Positions 44,530 through 59,500 of a DNA stretch of 64,000 nt are shown piece by piece. Source of the stretch: Trypanosoma brucei (taxonomy: Eukaryota). The stretch is from positions 480,001 through 544,000 of the forward strand of contig CM000207.1 in assembly GCA_000002445.1 (NCBI GenBank), written 5' to 3'. Position numbers and translations under genes: made by a program. How positions within the stretch are numbered: position 1 is the first letter of the stretch; the number at the start of each line of letters is the position of its first letter. A model generated the notes under the pieces. The model was not told the DNA's origin and did not search any database. It saw only the letters and a program-made list of their open reading frames with translations.

Positions 44530-47500
44530 AAAGCATCCACACAGCAGTGTATGGACACTCGTGGAGACTCTCATCAATATCATCCTTCTTTAGGTTGTGT
44601 GGTGGGGTTATGGTAAATTCAAGTTTTAGCATTTCCTCGCTGTAACTCACCACCAAGTCCTGCACCTGTTCCTCATTAAGATGCAACTGAGCAGCCGTTT
44701 CTTTGGTAAAGGCACTTACGACATCAGGTTTCCTCTTCTCCAAAACATAATCCCAGTCCTCACCCTCAAACCCAACATAGTGTTTCGTCACCGTTCCTGT
44801 TGCAGAAGATGAATCCTTCATCATAGCCGCACGTGCAGCGGAAGCACGTGGCACATATAGTGACCACATCTCAGAGAAGGGGCATGCAGCAAGGGTACTT
44901 AATATATCAGCATCATTTAATGAGCACCCAATGACTTTATAATCAATCAACAGACTTCCGAGTCGGCAATCAATGATAACCGCCTGCTGTGGAGAGACAC
45001 CGAGAACACGCGCAGCGTCATTACGGAATGCGTTCTCCAACCCTTCACGATCACCACTAAGCACAAGATCCCAATCATCTCCCTCAAATTTCTCTGTCAA
45101 TACCGATGACTCCCGTGGTCTAAGTTCATACAGCATCCACACAGCAGTGTATGGACATTCATTAAGACGCTCATCAATATCATCCTTCTTTAAGTTGTGT
45201 GGTGGGGTTATGGTAAATTCAAGTTTTAGCATTTCCTCGCTGTAACTCAGCACCAAGTCCTGCACCTGTTCCTCATTAAGATGCAACTGAGCAGCCGTTT
45301 CTTTGGTAAAGGCACTTACGACATCAGGTTTCCTCTTCTCCAAAACATAATCCCAGTCCTCACCCTCAAACCCAACATAGTGTTTCGTCACCGTTTCTGT
45401 TGCAGAAGATGAATCCTTCATCATAGCCGCACGTGCAGCGGAAGCACGTGGCACATATAGTGACCACACTTCAGAGAAGGGACATGCAGCAAGGGTACTT
45501 AATATATCAGCATCATTTAATGAGCACCCAATGACTTTATAATCAATCAACAGACTTCCGAGTCGGCAATCAATGATAACCACCTGCTGTGGAGAGACAC
45601 CGAGAACACGCGCAGCGTCATTACGGAATGCGTTCTCCAACCCTTCACGATCACCACTAAGCACAAGATCCCAATCATCTCCCTCAAATTTTTCTGTCAA
45701 TACCGATGACTCCCGTGGTCTAGATTCATACAGCATCCACACAGCAGTGTATGGACATTCATTAAGACGCTCATCAATATCATCCTTCTTTAGGTTGTGT
45801 GGTAGGGTTATGGTAAATTCAAGTTTTAGCATTTCCTCGCTGTAACTCACCACCAAGTCCTGCACCTGTTCCTCATTAAGTTGCAACTGAGCAGCCGTTT
45901 CTTTGGTAAAGGCACTTACGACATCAGGTTTCCTCTTCTCCAAAACATAATCCCAGTCCTCACCCTCAAATTCCACGTGGTGTTGCGTAACCGTTTCTGT
46001 TGCAGAAGATGAATCCTTCATCATAGCCGCACGTGCAGCGGAAGCACGTGGCACATATAGTGACCACATCTCAGAGAAGGGACATGCAGCAAGGGTACTT
46101 AATATATCAGCATCATTTAATGAGCTCCCAATGACTTTATAATCAATCAACAGACTTCCGAGTCGGCAATCAATGATAACCACCTGCTGTGGAGAGACAC
46201 CGAGAACACGCGCAGCGTCATTACGGAATGCGTTCTCCAACCCTTCACGATCACCACTAAGCACAAGATCCCAATCATCTCCCTCAAATTTTTCTGTCAA
46301 TACCGATGACTCCCGTGGTCTAGATTCATACAGCATCCACACAGCAGTGTATGGACATTCATTAAGACGCTCATCAATATCATCCTTCTTTAGGTTGTGT
46401 GGTAGGGTTATGGTAAATTCAAGTTTTAGCATTTCCTCGCTGTAACTCACCACCAAGTCCTGCACCTGTTCCTCATTAAGTTGCAACTGAGCAGCCGTTT
46501 CTTTGGTAAAGGCACTTACGACATCAGGTTTCCTCTTCTCCAAAACATAATCCCAGTCCTCACCCTCAAATTCCACGTGGTGTTGCGTAACCGTTTCTGT
46601 TGCAGAAGATGAATCCTCCATCATAGCCGCACGTGCAGCGGAAGCACGTGGCACATATAGTGACCACACCTCAGAGAAGGGACATGCAGCAAGGGTACTT
46701 AATATATCAGCATCATTTAATGAGCTCCCAATGACTTTATAATCAATTAACAGACTTCCGAGTCGGCAATCAATGATAACCACCTGCTGTGGAGAGACAC
46801 CGAGAACACGCGCAGCGTCATTACGGAATGCGTTCTCCAACCCTTCACGATCACCACTAAGCACAAGATCCCAGTCATCTCCCTCAAATTTTTCTGTCAA
46901 TACCGATGACTCCCGTGGTCTAGATTCATACAGCATCCACACAGCAGTGTATGGACATTCATTAAGACGCTCATCAATATCATCCTTCTTTAGGTTGTGT
47001 GGTAGGGTTATGGTAAATTCAAGTTTTAGCATTTCCTCGCTGTAACTCACCACCAAGTCCTGCACCTGTTCCTCATTAAGTTGCAACTGAGCAGCCGTTT
47101 CTTTGGTAAAGGCACTTACGACATCAGGTTTCCTCTTCTCCAAAACATAATCCCAGTCCTCACCCTCAAATTCCACGTGGTGTTGCGTAACCGTTTCTGT
47201 TGCAGAAGATGAATCCTCCATCATAGCCGCACGTGCAGCGGAAGCACGTGGCACATATAGTGACCACATCTCAGAGAAGGGACATGCAGCAAGGGTACTT
47301 AATATATCAGCATCATTTAATGAGCTCCCAATGACTTTATAATCAATCAACAGACTTCCGAGTCGGCAATCAATGATAACCACCTGCTGTGGAGAGACAC
47401 CGAGAACACGCGCAGCGTCATTACGGAATGCGTTCTCCAACCCTTCACGATCACCACTAAGCACAAGATCCCAATCATCTCCCTCAAATTTTTCTGTCAG

Positions 47501-50500
47501 TACCGATGACTCCCGTGGTCTAGATTCATACAGCATCCACACAGCAGTGTATGGACATTCATTAAGACGCTCATCAATATCATCCTTCTTTAGGTTGTGT
47601 GGTAGGGTTATGGTAAATTCAAGTTTTAGCATTTCCTCGCTGTAACTCACCACCAAGTCCTGCACCTGTTCCTCATTAAGTTGCAACTGAGCAGCCGTTT
47701 CTTTGGTAAAGGCACTTACGACATCAGGTTTCCTCTTCTCCAAAACATAATCCCAGTCCTCACCCTCAAATTCCACGTGGTGTTGCGTAACCGTTTCTGT
47801 TGCAGAAGATGAATCCTTCATCATAGCCGCACGTGCAGCGGAAGCACGTGGCACATATAGTGACCACACCTCAGAGAAGGGACATGCAGCAAGGGTACTT
47901 AATATATCAGCATCATTTAATGAGCACCCAATGACTTTATAATCAATCAACAGACTTCCGAGTCGGCAATCAATGATAACCACCTGCTGTGGAGAGACAC
48001 CGAGAACACGCGCAGCGTCATTACGGAATGCGTTCTCCAACCCTTCACGATCACCACTAAGCACAAGATCCCAATCATCTCCCTCAAATTTCTCTGTCAA
48101 TACCGATGACTCCCGTGGTCTAGATTCATACAGCATCCACACAGCAGTGTATGGACATTCATTAAGACGCTCATCAACATCATCCTTCTTTAGGTTGTGT
48201 GGTAGGGTTATGGTAAATTCAAGTTTTAGCATTTCCTCGCTGTAACTCACCACCAAGTCCTGCACCTGTTCCTCATTAAGTTGCAACTGAGCAGCCGTTT
48301 CTTTGGTAAAGGCACTTACGACATCAGGTTTCCTCTTCTCCAAAACATAATCCCAGTCCTCACCCTCAAATTCCACGTGGTGTTGCGTAACCGTTTCTGT
48401 TGCAGAAGATGAATCCTCCATCATAGCCGCACGTGCAGCGGAAGCACGTGGCACATATAGTGACCACACCTCAGAGAAGGGACATGCAGCAAGGGTACTT
48501 AATATATCAGCATCATTTAATGAGCACCCAATGACTTTATAATCAATCAACAGACTTCCGAGTCGGCAATCAATGATAACCACCTGCTGTGGAGAGACAC
48601 CGAGAGCACACGCAGCGTCATTACGGAATGCGTTCTCCAACCCTTCACGATCACCACTAAGCACAAGATCCCAGTCATCTCCCTCAAATTTTTCTGTCAA
48701 TACCGATGACTCCCGTGGTCTAGGTTCATACAGCATCCACACAGCAGTGTATGGACATTCGTGGAGACGCTCATCAATATCATCCTTCTGTAGGTTGTGT
48801 GGTAGGGTTATGGTAAATTCAAGTTTTAGCATTTCCTCGCTGTAACTCACCACCAAGTCCTGCACCTGTTCCTCATTAAGTTGCAACTGAGCAGCCGTTT
48901 CTTTGGTAAAGGCACTTACGACATCAGGTTTCCTCTTCTCCAAAACATAATCCCAGTCCTCACCCTCAAATTCCACGTGGTGTTGCGTAACCGTTTCTGT
49001 TGCAGAAGATGAATCCTCCATCATAGCCGCACGTGCAGCGGAAGCACGTGGCACATATAGTGACCACATCTCAGAGAAGGGACATGCAGCAAGGGTACTT
49101 AATATATCAGCATCATTTAATGAGCACCCAATGACTTTATAATCAATCAACAGACTTCCGAGTCGGCAATCAATGATAACCACCTGCTGTGGAGAGACAC
49201 CGAGAGCACGCGCAGCGTCATTACGGAATGCGTTCTCCAACCCTTCACGATCACCACTAAGCACAAGATCCCAATCATCTCCCTCAAATTTCTCTGTCAA
49301 TACCGATGACTCCCGTGGTCTAGATTCATACAGCATCCACACAGCAGTGTATGGACATTCATTAAGACGCTCATCAATATCATCCTTCTTTAGGTTGTGT
49401 GGTAGGGTTATGGTAAATTCAAGTTTTAGCATTTCCTCGCTGTAACTCACCACCAAGTCCTGCACCTGTTCCTCATTAAGTTGCAACTGAGCAGCCGTTT
49501 CTTTGGTAAAGGCACTTACGACATCAGGTTTCCTCTTCTCCAAAACATAATCCCAGTCCTCACCCTCAAATTCCACGTGGTGTTGCGTAACCGTTTCTGT
49601 TGCAGAAGATGAATCCTCCATCATAGCCGCACGTGCAGCGGAAGCACGTGGCACATATAGTGACCACACCTCAGAGAAGGGACATGCAGCAAGGGTACTT
49701 AATATATCAGCATCATTTAATGAGCACCCAATGACTTTATAATCAATCAACAGACTTCCGAGTCGGCAATCAATGATAACCACCTGCTGTGGAGAGACAC
49801 CGAGAGCACACGCAGCGTCATTACGGAATGCGTTCTCCAACCCTTCACGATCACCACTAAGCACAAGATCCCAATCATCTCCCTCAAATTTCTCTGTCAA
49901 TACCGATGACTCCCGTGGTCTAGATTCATACAGCATCCACACAGCAGTGTATGGACATTCATTAAGACGCTCATCAACATCATCCTTCTTTAGGTTGTGT
50001 GGTAGGGTTATGGTAAATTCAAGTTTTAGCATTTCCTCGCTGTAACTCACCACCAAGTCCTGCACCTGTTCCTCATTAAGTTGCAACTGAGCAGCCGTTT
50101 CTTTGGTAAAGGCACTTACGACATCAGGTTTCCTCTTCTCCAAAACATAATCCCAGTCCTCACCCTCAAATTCCACGTGGTGTTGCGTAACCGTTTCTGT
50201 TGCAGAAGATGAATCCTCCATCATAGCCGCACGTGCAGCGGAAGCACGTGGCACATATAGTGACCACACCTCAGAGAAGGGACATGCAGCAAGGGTACTT
50301 AATATATCAGCATCATTTAATGAGCACCCAGTGACTTTATAATCAATCAACAGACTTCCGAGTCGGCAATCAATGATAACCACCTGCTGTGGAGAGACAC
50401 CGAGAACACGCGCAGCGTCATTACGGAATGCGTTCTCCAACCCTTCACGATCACCACTAAGCACAAGATCCCAATCATCTCCCTCAAATTTTTCTGTCAG

Positions 50501-53500
50501 TACCGATGACTCCCGTGGTCTAGGTTCATACAGCATCCACACAGCAGTGTATGGACATTCGTGGAGACGCTCATCAATATCATCCTTCTTTAGGTTGTGT
50601 GGTGGGGTTATGGTAAATTCAAGTTTTAGCATTTCCTCGCTGTAACTCACCACCAAGTCCTGCACCTGTTCCTCATTAAGTTGCAACTGAGCAGCCGTTT
50701 CTTTGGTAAAGGCACTTACGACATCAGGTTTCCTCTTCTCCAAAACATAATCCCAGTCCTCACCCTCAAATTCCACGTGGTGTTGCGTAACCGTTTCTGT
50801 TGCAGAAGATGAATCCTCCATCATAGCCGCACGTGCAGCGGAAGCACGTGGCACATATAGTGACCACACCTCAGAGAAGGGACATGCAGCAAGGTTACTT
50901 AATATATCAGCATCATTTAATGAGCACCCAATGACTTTATAATCAATCAACAGACTTCCGAGTCGGCAATCAATGATAACCACCTGCTGTGGAGAGACAC
51001 CGAGAGCACGCGCAGCGTCATTACGGAATGCGTTCTCCAACCCTTCACGATCACCACTAAGCACAAGATCCCAATCATCTCCCTCAAATTTTTCTGTCAA
51101 TACCGATGACTCCCGTGGTCTAGATTCATACAGCATCCACACAGCAGTGTATGGACATTCATTAAGACGCTCATCAACATCATCCTTCTTTAGGTTGTGT
51201 GGTAGGGTTATGGTAAATTCAAGTTTTAGCATTTCCTCGCTGTAACTCACCACCAAGTCCTGCACCTGTTCCTCATTAAGTTGCAACTGAGCAGCCGTTT
51301 CTTTGGTAAAGGCACTTACGACATCAGGTTTCCTCTTCTCCAAAACATAATCCCAGTCCTCACCCTCAAATTCCACGTGGTGTTGCGTAACCGTTTCTGT
51401 TGCAGAAGATGAATCCTTCATCATAGCCGCACGTGCAGCGGAAGCACGTGGCACATATAGTGACCACACTTCAGAGAAGGGACATGCAGCAAGGGTACTT
51501 AATATATCAGCATCATTTAATGAGCACCCAATGACTTTATAATCAATCAACAGACTTCCGAGTCGGCAATCAATGATAACCACCTGCTGTGGAGAGACAC
51601 CGAGAGCACGCGCAGCGTCATTACGGAATGCGTTCTCCAACCCTTCACGATCACCACTAAGCACAAGATCCCAATCATCTCCCTCAAATTTCTCTGTCAA
51701 TACCGATGACTCCCGTGGTCTAGATTCATACAGCATCCACACAGCAGTGTATGGACATTCATTAAGACGCTCATCAACATCATCCTTCTTTAGGTTGTGT
51801 GGTAGGGTTATGGTAAATTCAAGTTTTAGCATTTCCTCGCTGTAACTCACCACCAAGTCCTGCACCTGTTCCTCATTAAGTTGCAACTGAGCAGCCGTTT
51901 CTTTGGTAAAGGCACTTACGACATCAGGTTTCCTCTTCTCCAAAACATAATCCCAGTCCTCACCCTCAAATTCCACGTGGTGTTGCGTAACCGTTTCTGT
52001 TGCAGAAGATGAATCCTTCATCATAGCCGCACGTGCAGCGGAAGCACGTGGCACATATAGTGACCACACCTCAGAGAAGGGACATGCAGCAAGGGTACTT
52101 AATATATCAGCATCATTTAATGAGCACCCAATGACTTTATAATCAATCAACAGACTTCCGAGTCGGCAATCAATGATAACCACCTGCTGTGGAGAGACAC
52201 CGAGAACACGCGCAGCGTCATTACGGAATGCGTTCTCCAACCCTTCACGATCACCACTAAGCACAAGATCCCAATCATCTCCCTCAAATTTTTCTGTCAG
52301 TACCGATGACTCCCGTGGTCTAGATTCATACAGCATCCACACAGCAGTGTATGGACATTCATTAAGACGCTCATCAATATCATCCTTCTTTAGGTTGTGT
52401 GGTAGGGTTATGGTAAATTCAAGTTTTAGCATTTCCTCGCTGTAACTCACCACCAAGTCCTGCACCTGTTCCTCATTAAGTTGCAACTGAGCAGCCGTTT
52501 CTTTGGTAAAGGCACTTACGACATCAGGTTTCCTCTTCTCCAAAACATAATCCCAGTCCTCACCCTCAAATTCCACGTGGTGTTGCGTAACCGTTTCTGT
52601 TGCAGAAGATGAATCCTCCATCATAGCCGCACGTGCAGCGGAAGCACGTGGCACATATAGTGACCACACTTCAGAGAAGGGACATGCAGCAAGGGTACTT
52701 AATATATCAGCATCATTTAATGAGCTCCCAATGACTTTATAATCAATCAACAGACTTCCGAGTCGGCAATCAATGATAACCACCTGCTGTGGAGAGACAC
52801 CGAGAACACGCGCAGCGTCATTACGGAATGCGTTCTCCAACCCTTCACGATCACCACTAAGCACAAGATCCCAATCATCTCCCTCAAATTTTTCTGTCAG
52901 TACCGATGACTCCCGTGGTCTAGGTTCATACAGCATCCACACAGCAGTGTATGGACATTCGTGGAGACGCTCATCAATATCATCCTTCTTTAGGTTGTGT
53001 GGTGGGGTTATGGTAAATTCAAGTTTTAGCATTTCCTCGCTGTAACTCACCACCAAGTCCTGCACCTGTTCCTCATTAAGTTGCAACTGAGCAGCCGTTT
53101 CTTTGGTAAAGGCACTTACGACATCAGGTTTCCTCTTCTCCAAAACATAATCCCAGTCCTCACCCTCAAATTCCACGTGGTGTTGCGTAACCGTTTCTGT
53201 TGCAGAAGATGAATCCTTCATCATAGCCGCACGTGCAGCGGAAGCACGTGGCACATATAGTGACCACATCTCAGAGAAGGGACATGCAGCAAGGGTACTT
53301 AATATATCAGCATCATTTAATGAGCACCCAATGACTTTATAATCAATCAACAGACTTCCGAGTCGGCAATCAATGATAACCACCTGCTGTGGAGAGACAC
53401 CGAGAACACGCGCAGCGTCATTACGGAATGCGTTCTCCAACCCTTCACGATCACCACTAAGCACAAGATCCCAATCATCTCCCTCAAATTTTTCTGTCAA

Positions 53501-56500
53501 TACCGATGACTCCCGTGGTCTAGATTCATACAGCATCCACACAGCAGTGTATGGACATTCATTAAGACGCTCATCAATATCATCCTTCTTTAGGTTGTGT
53601 GGTGGGGTTATGGTAAATTCAAGTTTTAGCATTTCCTCGCTGTAACTCAGCACCAAGTCCTGCACCTGTTCCTCATTAAGATGCAACTGAGCAGCCGTTT
53701 CTTTGGTAAAGGCACTTACGACATCAGGTTTCCTCTTCTCCAAAACATAATCCCAGTCCTCACCCTCAAACCCAACATAGTGTTTCGTCACCGTTCCTGT
53801 TGCAGAAGATGAATCCTTCATCATAGCCGCACGTGCAGCGGAAGCACGTGGCACATATAGTGACCACATCTCAGAGAAGGGACATGCAGCAAGGGTACTT
53901 AATATATCAGAATCATTTAATGAGCGTCCAATGACTTTATAATCAATCAACAGACTTCCGAGTCGGCAATCAATGATAACCACCTGCTGTGGAGAGACAC
54001 CGAGAACACGCGCAGCGTCATTACGGAATGCGTTCTCCAACCCTTCACGATCACCACTAAGCACAAGATCCCAATCATCTCCCTCAAATTTTTCTGTCAA
54101 TACCGATGACTCCCGTGGTCTAGATTCATACAGCATCCACACAGCAGTGTATGGACATTCATTAAGACGCTCATCAATATCATCCTTCTTTAGGTTGTGT
54201 GGTGGGGTTATGGTAAATTCAAGTTTTAGCATTTCCTCGCTGTAACTCACCACCAAGTCCTGCACCTGTTCCTCATTAAGTTGCAACTGAGCAGCCGTTT
54301 CTTTGGTAAAGGCACTTACGACATCAGGTTTCCTCTTCTCCAAAACATAATCCCAGTCCTCACCCTCAAATTCCACGTGGTGTTGCGTAACCGTTTCTGT
54401 TGCAGAAGATGAATCCTTCATCATAGCCGCACGTGCAGCGGAAGCACGTGGCACATATAGTGACCACACTTCAGAGAAGGGACATGCAGCAAGGGTACTT
54501 AATATATCAGCATCATTTAATGAGCACCCAATGACTTTATAATCAATCAACAGACTTCCGAGTCGGCAATCAATGATAACCACCTGCTGTGGAGAGACAC
54601 CGAGAACACGCGCAGCGTCATTACGGAATGCGTTCTCCAACCCTTCACGATCACCACTAAGCACAAGATCCCAGTCATCTCCCTCAAATTTTTCTGTCAA
54701 TACCGATGACTCCCGTGGTCTAGATTCATACAGCATCCACACAGCAGTGTATGGACATTCATTAAGACGCTCATCAATATCATCCTTCTTTAGGTTGTGT
54801 GGTGGGGTTATGGTAAATTCAAGTTTTAGCATTTCCTCGCTGTAACTCACCACCAAGTCCTGCACCTGTTCCTCATTAAGTTGCAACTGAGCAGCCGTTT
54901 CTTTGGTAAAGGCACTTACGACATCAGGTTTCCTCTTCTCCAAAACATAATCCCAGTCCTCACCCTCAAATTCCACGTGGTGTTGCGTAACCGTTTCTGT
55001 TGCAGAAGATGAATCCTTCATCATAGCCGCACGTGCAGCGGAAGCACGTGGCACATATAGTGACCACATCTCAGAGAAGGGACATGCAGCAAGGGTACTT
55101 AATATATCAGAATCATTTAATGAGCACCCAATGACTTTATAATCAATCAACAGACTTCCGAGTCGGCAATCAATGATAACCACCTGCTGTGGAGAGACAC
55201 CGAGAACACGCGCAGCGTCATTACGGAATGCGTTCTCCAACCCTTCACGATCACCACTAAGCACAAGATCCCAGTCATCTCCCTCAAATTTCTCTGTCAA
55301 TACCGATGACTCCCGTGGTCTAGATTCATACAGCATCCACACAGCAGTGTATGGACATTCATTAAGACGCTCATCAATATCATCCTTCTTTAGGTTGTGT
55401 GGTAGGGTTATGGTAAATTCAAGTTTTAGCATTTCCTCGCTGTAACTCACCACCAAGTCCTGCACCTGTTCCTCATTAAGTTGCAACTGAGCAGCCGTTT
55501 CTTTGGTAAAGGCACTTACGACATCAGGTTTCCTCTTCTCCAAAACATAATCCCAGTCCTCACCCTCAAATTCCACGTGGTGTTGCGTAACCGTTTCTGT
55601 TGCAGAAGATGAATCCTTCATCATAGCCGCACGTGCAGCGGAAGCACGTGGCACATATAGTGACCACATCTCAGAGAAGGGACATGCAGCAAGGGTACTT
55701 AATATATCAGCATCATTTAATGAGCACCCAATGACTTTATAATCAATCAACAGACTTCCGAGTCGGCAATCAATGATAACCACCTGCTGTGGAGAGACAC
55801 CGAGAACACGCGCAGCGTCATTACGGAATGCGTTCTCCAACCCTTCACGATCACCACTAAGCACAAGATCCCAGTCATCTCCCTCAAATTTTTCTGTCAA
55901 TACCGATGACTCCCGTGGTCTAGATTCATACAGCATCCACACAGCAGTGTATGGACATTCATTAAGACGCTCATCAATATCATCCTTCTTTAGGTTGTGT
56001 GGTGGGGTTATGGTAAATTCAAGTTTTAGCATTTCCTCGCTGTAACTCACCACCAAGTCCTGCACCTGTTCCTCATTAAGTTGCAACTGAGCAGCCGTTT
56101 CTTTGGTAAAGGCACTTACGACATCAGGTTTCCTCTTCTCCAAAACATAATCCCAGTCCTCACCCTCAAATTCCACGTGGTGTTGCGTAACCGTTTCTGT
56201 TGCAGAAGATGAATCCTTCATCATAGCCGCACGTGCAGCGGAAGCACGTGGCACATATAGTGACCACACCTCAGAGAAGGGACATGCAGCAAGGGTACTT
56301 AATATATCAGCATCATTTAATGAGCACCCAATGACTTTATAATCAATCAACAGACTTCCGAGTCGGCAATCAATGATAACCACCTGCTGTGGAGAGACAC
56401 CGAGAACACGCGCAGCGTCATTACGGAATGCGTTCTCCAACCCTTCACGATCACCACTAAGCACAAGATCCCAGTCATCTCCCTCAAATTTTTCTGTCAA

Positions 56501-59500
56501 TACCGATGACTCCCGTGGTCTAGATTCATACAGCATCCACACAGCAGTGTATGGACATTCATTAAGACGCTCATCAATATCATCCTTCTTTAGGTTGTGT
56601 GGTGGGGTTATGGTAAATTCAAGTTTTAGCATTTCCTCGCTGTAACTCACCACCAAGTCCTGCACCTGTTCCTCATTAAGTTGCAACTGAGCAGCCGTTT
56701 CTTTGGTAAAGGCACTTACGACATCAGGTTTCCTCTTCTCCAAAACATAATCCCAGTCCTCACCCTCAAATTCCACGTGGTGTTGCGTAACCGTTTCTGT
56801 TGCAGAAGATGAATCCTTCATCATAGCCGCACGTGCAGCGGAAGCACGTGGCACATATAGTGACCACATCTCAGAGAAGGGACATGCAGCAAGGGTACTT
56901 AATATATCAGCATCATTTAATGAGCACCCAATGACTTTATAATCAATCAACAGACTTCCGAGTCGGCAATCAATGATAACCACCTGCTGTGGAGAGACAC
57001 CGAGAACACGCGCAGCGTCATTACGGAATGCGTTCTCCAACCCTTCACGATCACCACTAAGCACAAGATCCCAGTCATCTCCCTCAAATTTTTCTGTCAA
57101 TACCGATGACTCCCGTGGTCTAGATTCATACAGCATCCACACAGCAGTGTATGGACATTCATTAAGACGCTCATCAACATCATCCTTCTTTAGGTTGTGT
57201 GGTAGGGTTATGGTAAATTCAAGTTTTAGCATTTCCTCGCTGTAACTCACCACCAAGTCCTGCACCTGTTCCTCATTAAGTTGCAACTGAGCAGCCGTTT
57301 CTTTGGTAAAGGCACTTACAACATCAGGTTTCCTCTTCTCCAAAACATAATCCCAGTCCTCACCCTCAAATTCCATGTGGTGTTGCGTAACCGTTCCTGT
57401 TGCAGAAGATGAATCCTTCATCATAGCCGCACGTGCAGCGGAAGCACGTGGCACATATAGTGACCACATCTCAGAGAAGGGACATGCAGCAAGGGTACTT
57501 AATATATCAGCATCATTTAATGAGCTCCCAATGACTTTATAATCAATCAACAGACTTCCGAGTCGGCAATCAATGATAACCACCTGCTGTGGAGAGACAC
57601 CGAGAACACGCGCAGCGTCATTACGGAATGCGTTCTCCAACCCTTCACGATCACCACTAAGCACAAGATCCCAGTCATCTCCCTCAAATTTCTCTGTCAA
57701 TACCGATGACTCCCGTGGTCTAGATTCATACAGCATCCACACAGCAGTGTATGGACATTCATTAAGACGCTCATCAATATCATCCTTCTTTAGGTTGTGT
57801 GGTAGGGTTATGGTAAATTCAAGTTTTAGCATTTCCTCGCTGTAACTCACCACCAAGTCCTGCACCTGTTCCTCATTAAGTTGCAACTGAGCAGCCGTTT
57901 CTTTGGTAAAGGCACTTACGACATCAGGTTTCCTCTTCTCCAAAACATAATCCCAGTCCTCACCCTCAAATTCCACGTGGTGTTGCGTAACCGTTTCTGT
58001 TGCAGAAGATGAATCCTCCATCATAGCCGCACGTGCAGCGGAAGCACGTGGCACATATAGTGACCACATCTCAGAGAAGGGGCATGCAGCAAGGGTACTT
58101 AATATATCAGCATCATTTAATGAGCACCCAATGACTTTATAATCAATCAACAGACTTCCGAGTCGGCAATCAATGATAACCACCTGCTGTGGAGAGACAC
58201 CGAGAACACGCGCAGCGTCATTACGGAATGCGTTCTCCAACCCTTCACGATCACCACTAAGCACAAGATCCCAATCATCTCCCTCAAATTTCTCTGTCAA
58301 TACCGATGACTCCCGTGGTCTAGGTTCATACAGCATCCACACAGCAGTGTATGGACATTCGTGGAGACGCTCATCAATATCATCCTTCTTTAGGTTGTGT
58401 GGTGGGGTTATGGTAAATTCAAGTTTTAGCATTTCCTCGCTGTAACTCACCACCAAGTCCTGCACCTGTTCCTCATTAAGTTGCAACTGAGCAGCCGTTT
58501 CTTTGGTAAAGGCACTTACGACATCAGGTTTCCTCTTCTCCAAAACATAATCCCAGTCCTCACCCTCAAATTCCACGTGGTGTTGCGTAACCGTTTCTGT
58601 TGCAGAAGATGAATCCTCCATCATAGCCGCACGTGCAGCGGAAGCACGTGGCACATATAGTGACCACATCTCAGAGAAGGGACATGCAGCAAGGTTACTT
58701 AATATATCAGCATCATTTAATGAGCACCCAATGACTTTATAATCAATCAACAGACTTCCGAGTCGGCAATCAATGATAACCACCTGCTGTGGAGAGACAC
58801 CGAGAACACGCGCAGCGTCATTACGGAATGCGTTCTCCAACCCTTCACGATCACCACTAAGCACAAGATCCCAATCATCTCCCTCAAATTTTTCTGTCAG
58901 TACCGATGACTCCCGTGGTCTAGATTCATACAGCATCCACACAGCAGTGTATGGACATTCATTAAGACGCTCATCAACATCATCCTTCTTTAGGTTGTGT
59001 GGTAGGGTTATGGTAAATTCAAGTTTTAGCATTTCCTCGCTGTAACTCACCACCAAGTCCTGCACCTGTTCCTCATTAAGTTGCAACTGAGCAGCCGTTT
59101 CTTTGGTAAAGGCACTTACGACATCAGGTTTCCTCTTCTCCAAAACATAATCCCAGTCCTCACCCTCAAATTCCACGTGGTGTTGCGTAACCGTTTCTGT
59201 TGCAGAAGATGAATCCTCCATCATAGCCGCACGTGCAGCGGAAGCACGTGGCACATATAGTGACCACACTTCAGAGAAGGGACATGCAGCAAGGGTACTT
59301 AATATATCAGCATCATTTAATGAGCACCCAATGACTTTATAATCAATCAACAGACTTCCGAGTCGGCAATCAATGATAACCACCTGCTGTGGAGAGACAC
59401 CGAGAGCACGCGCAGCGTCATTACGGAATGCGTTCTCCAACCCTTCACGATCACCACTAAGCACAAGATCCCAGTCATCTCCCTCAAATTTCTCTGTCAA

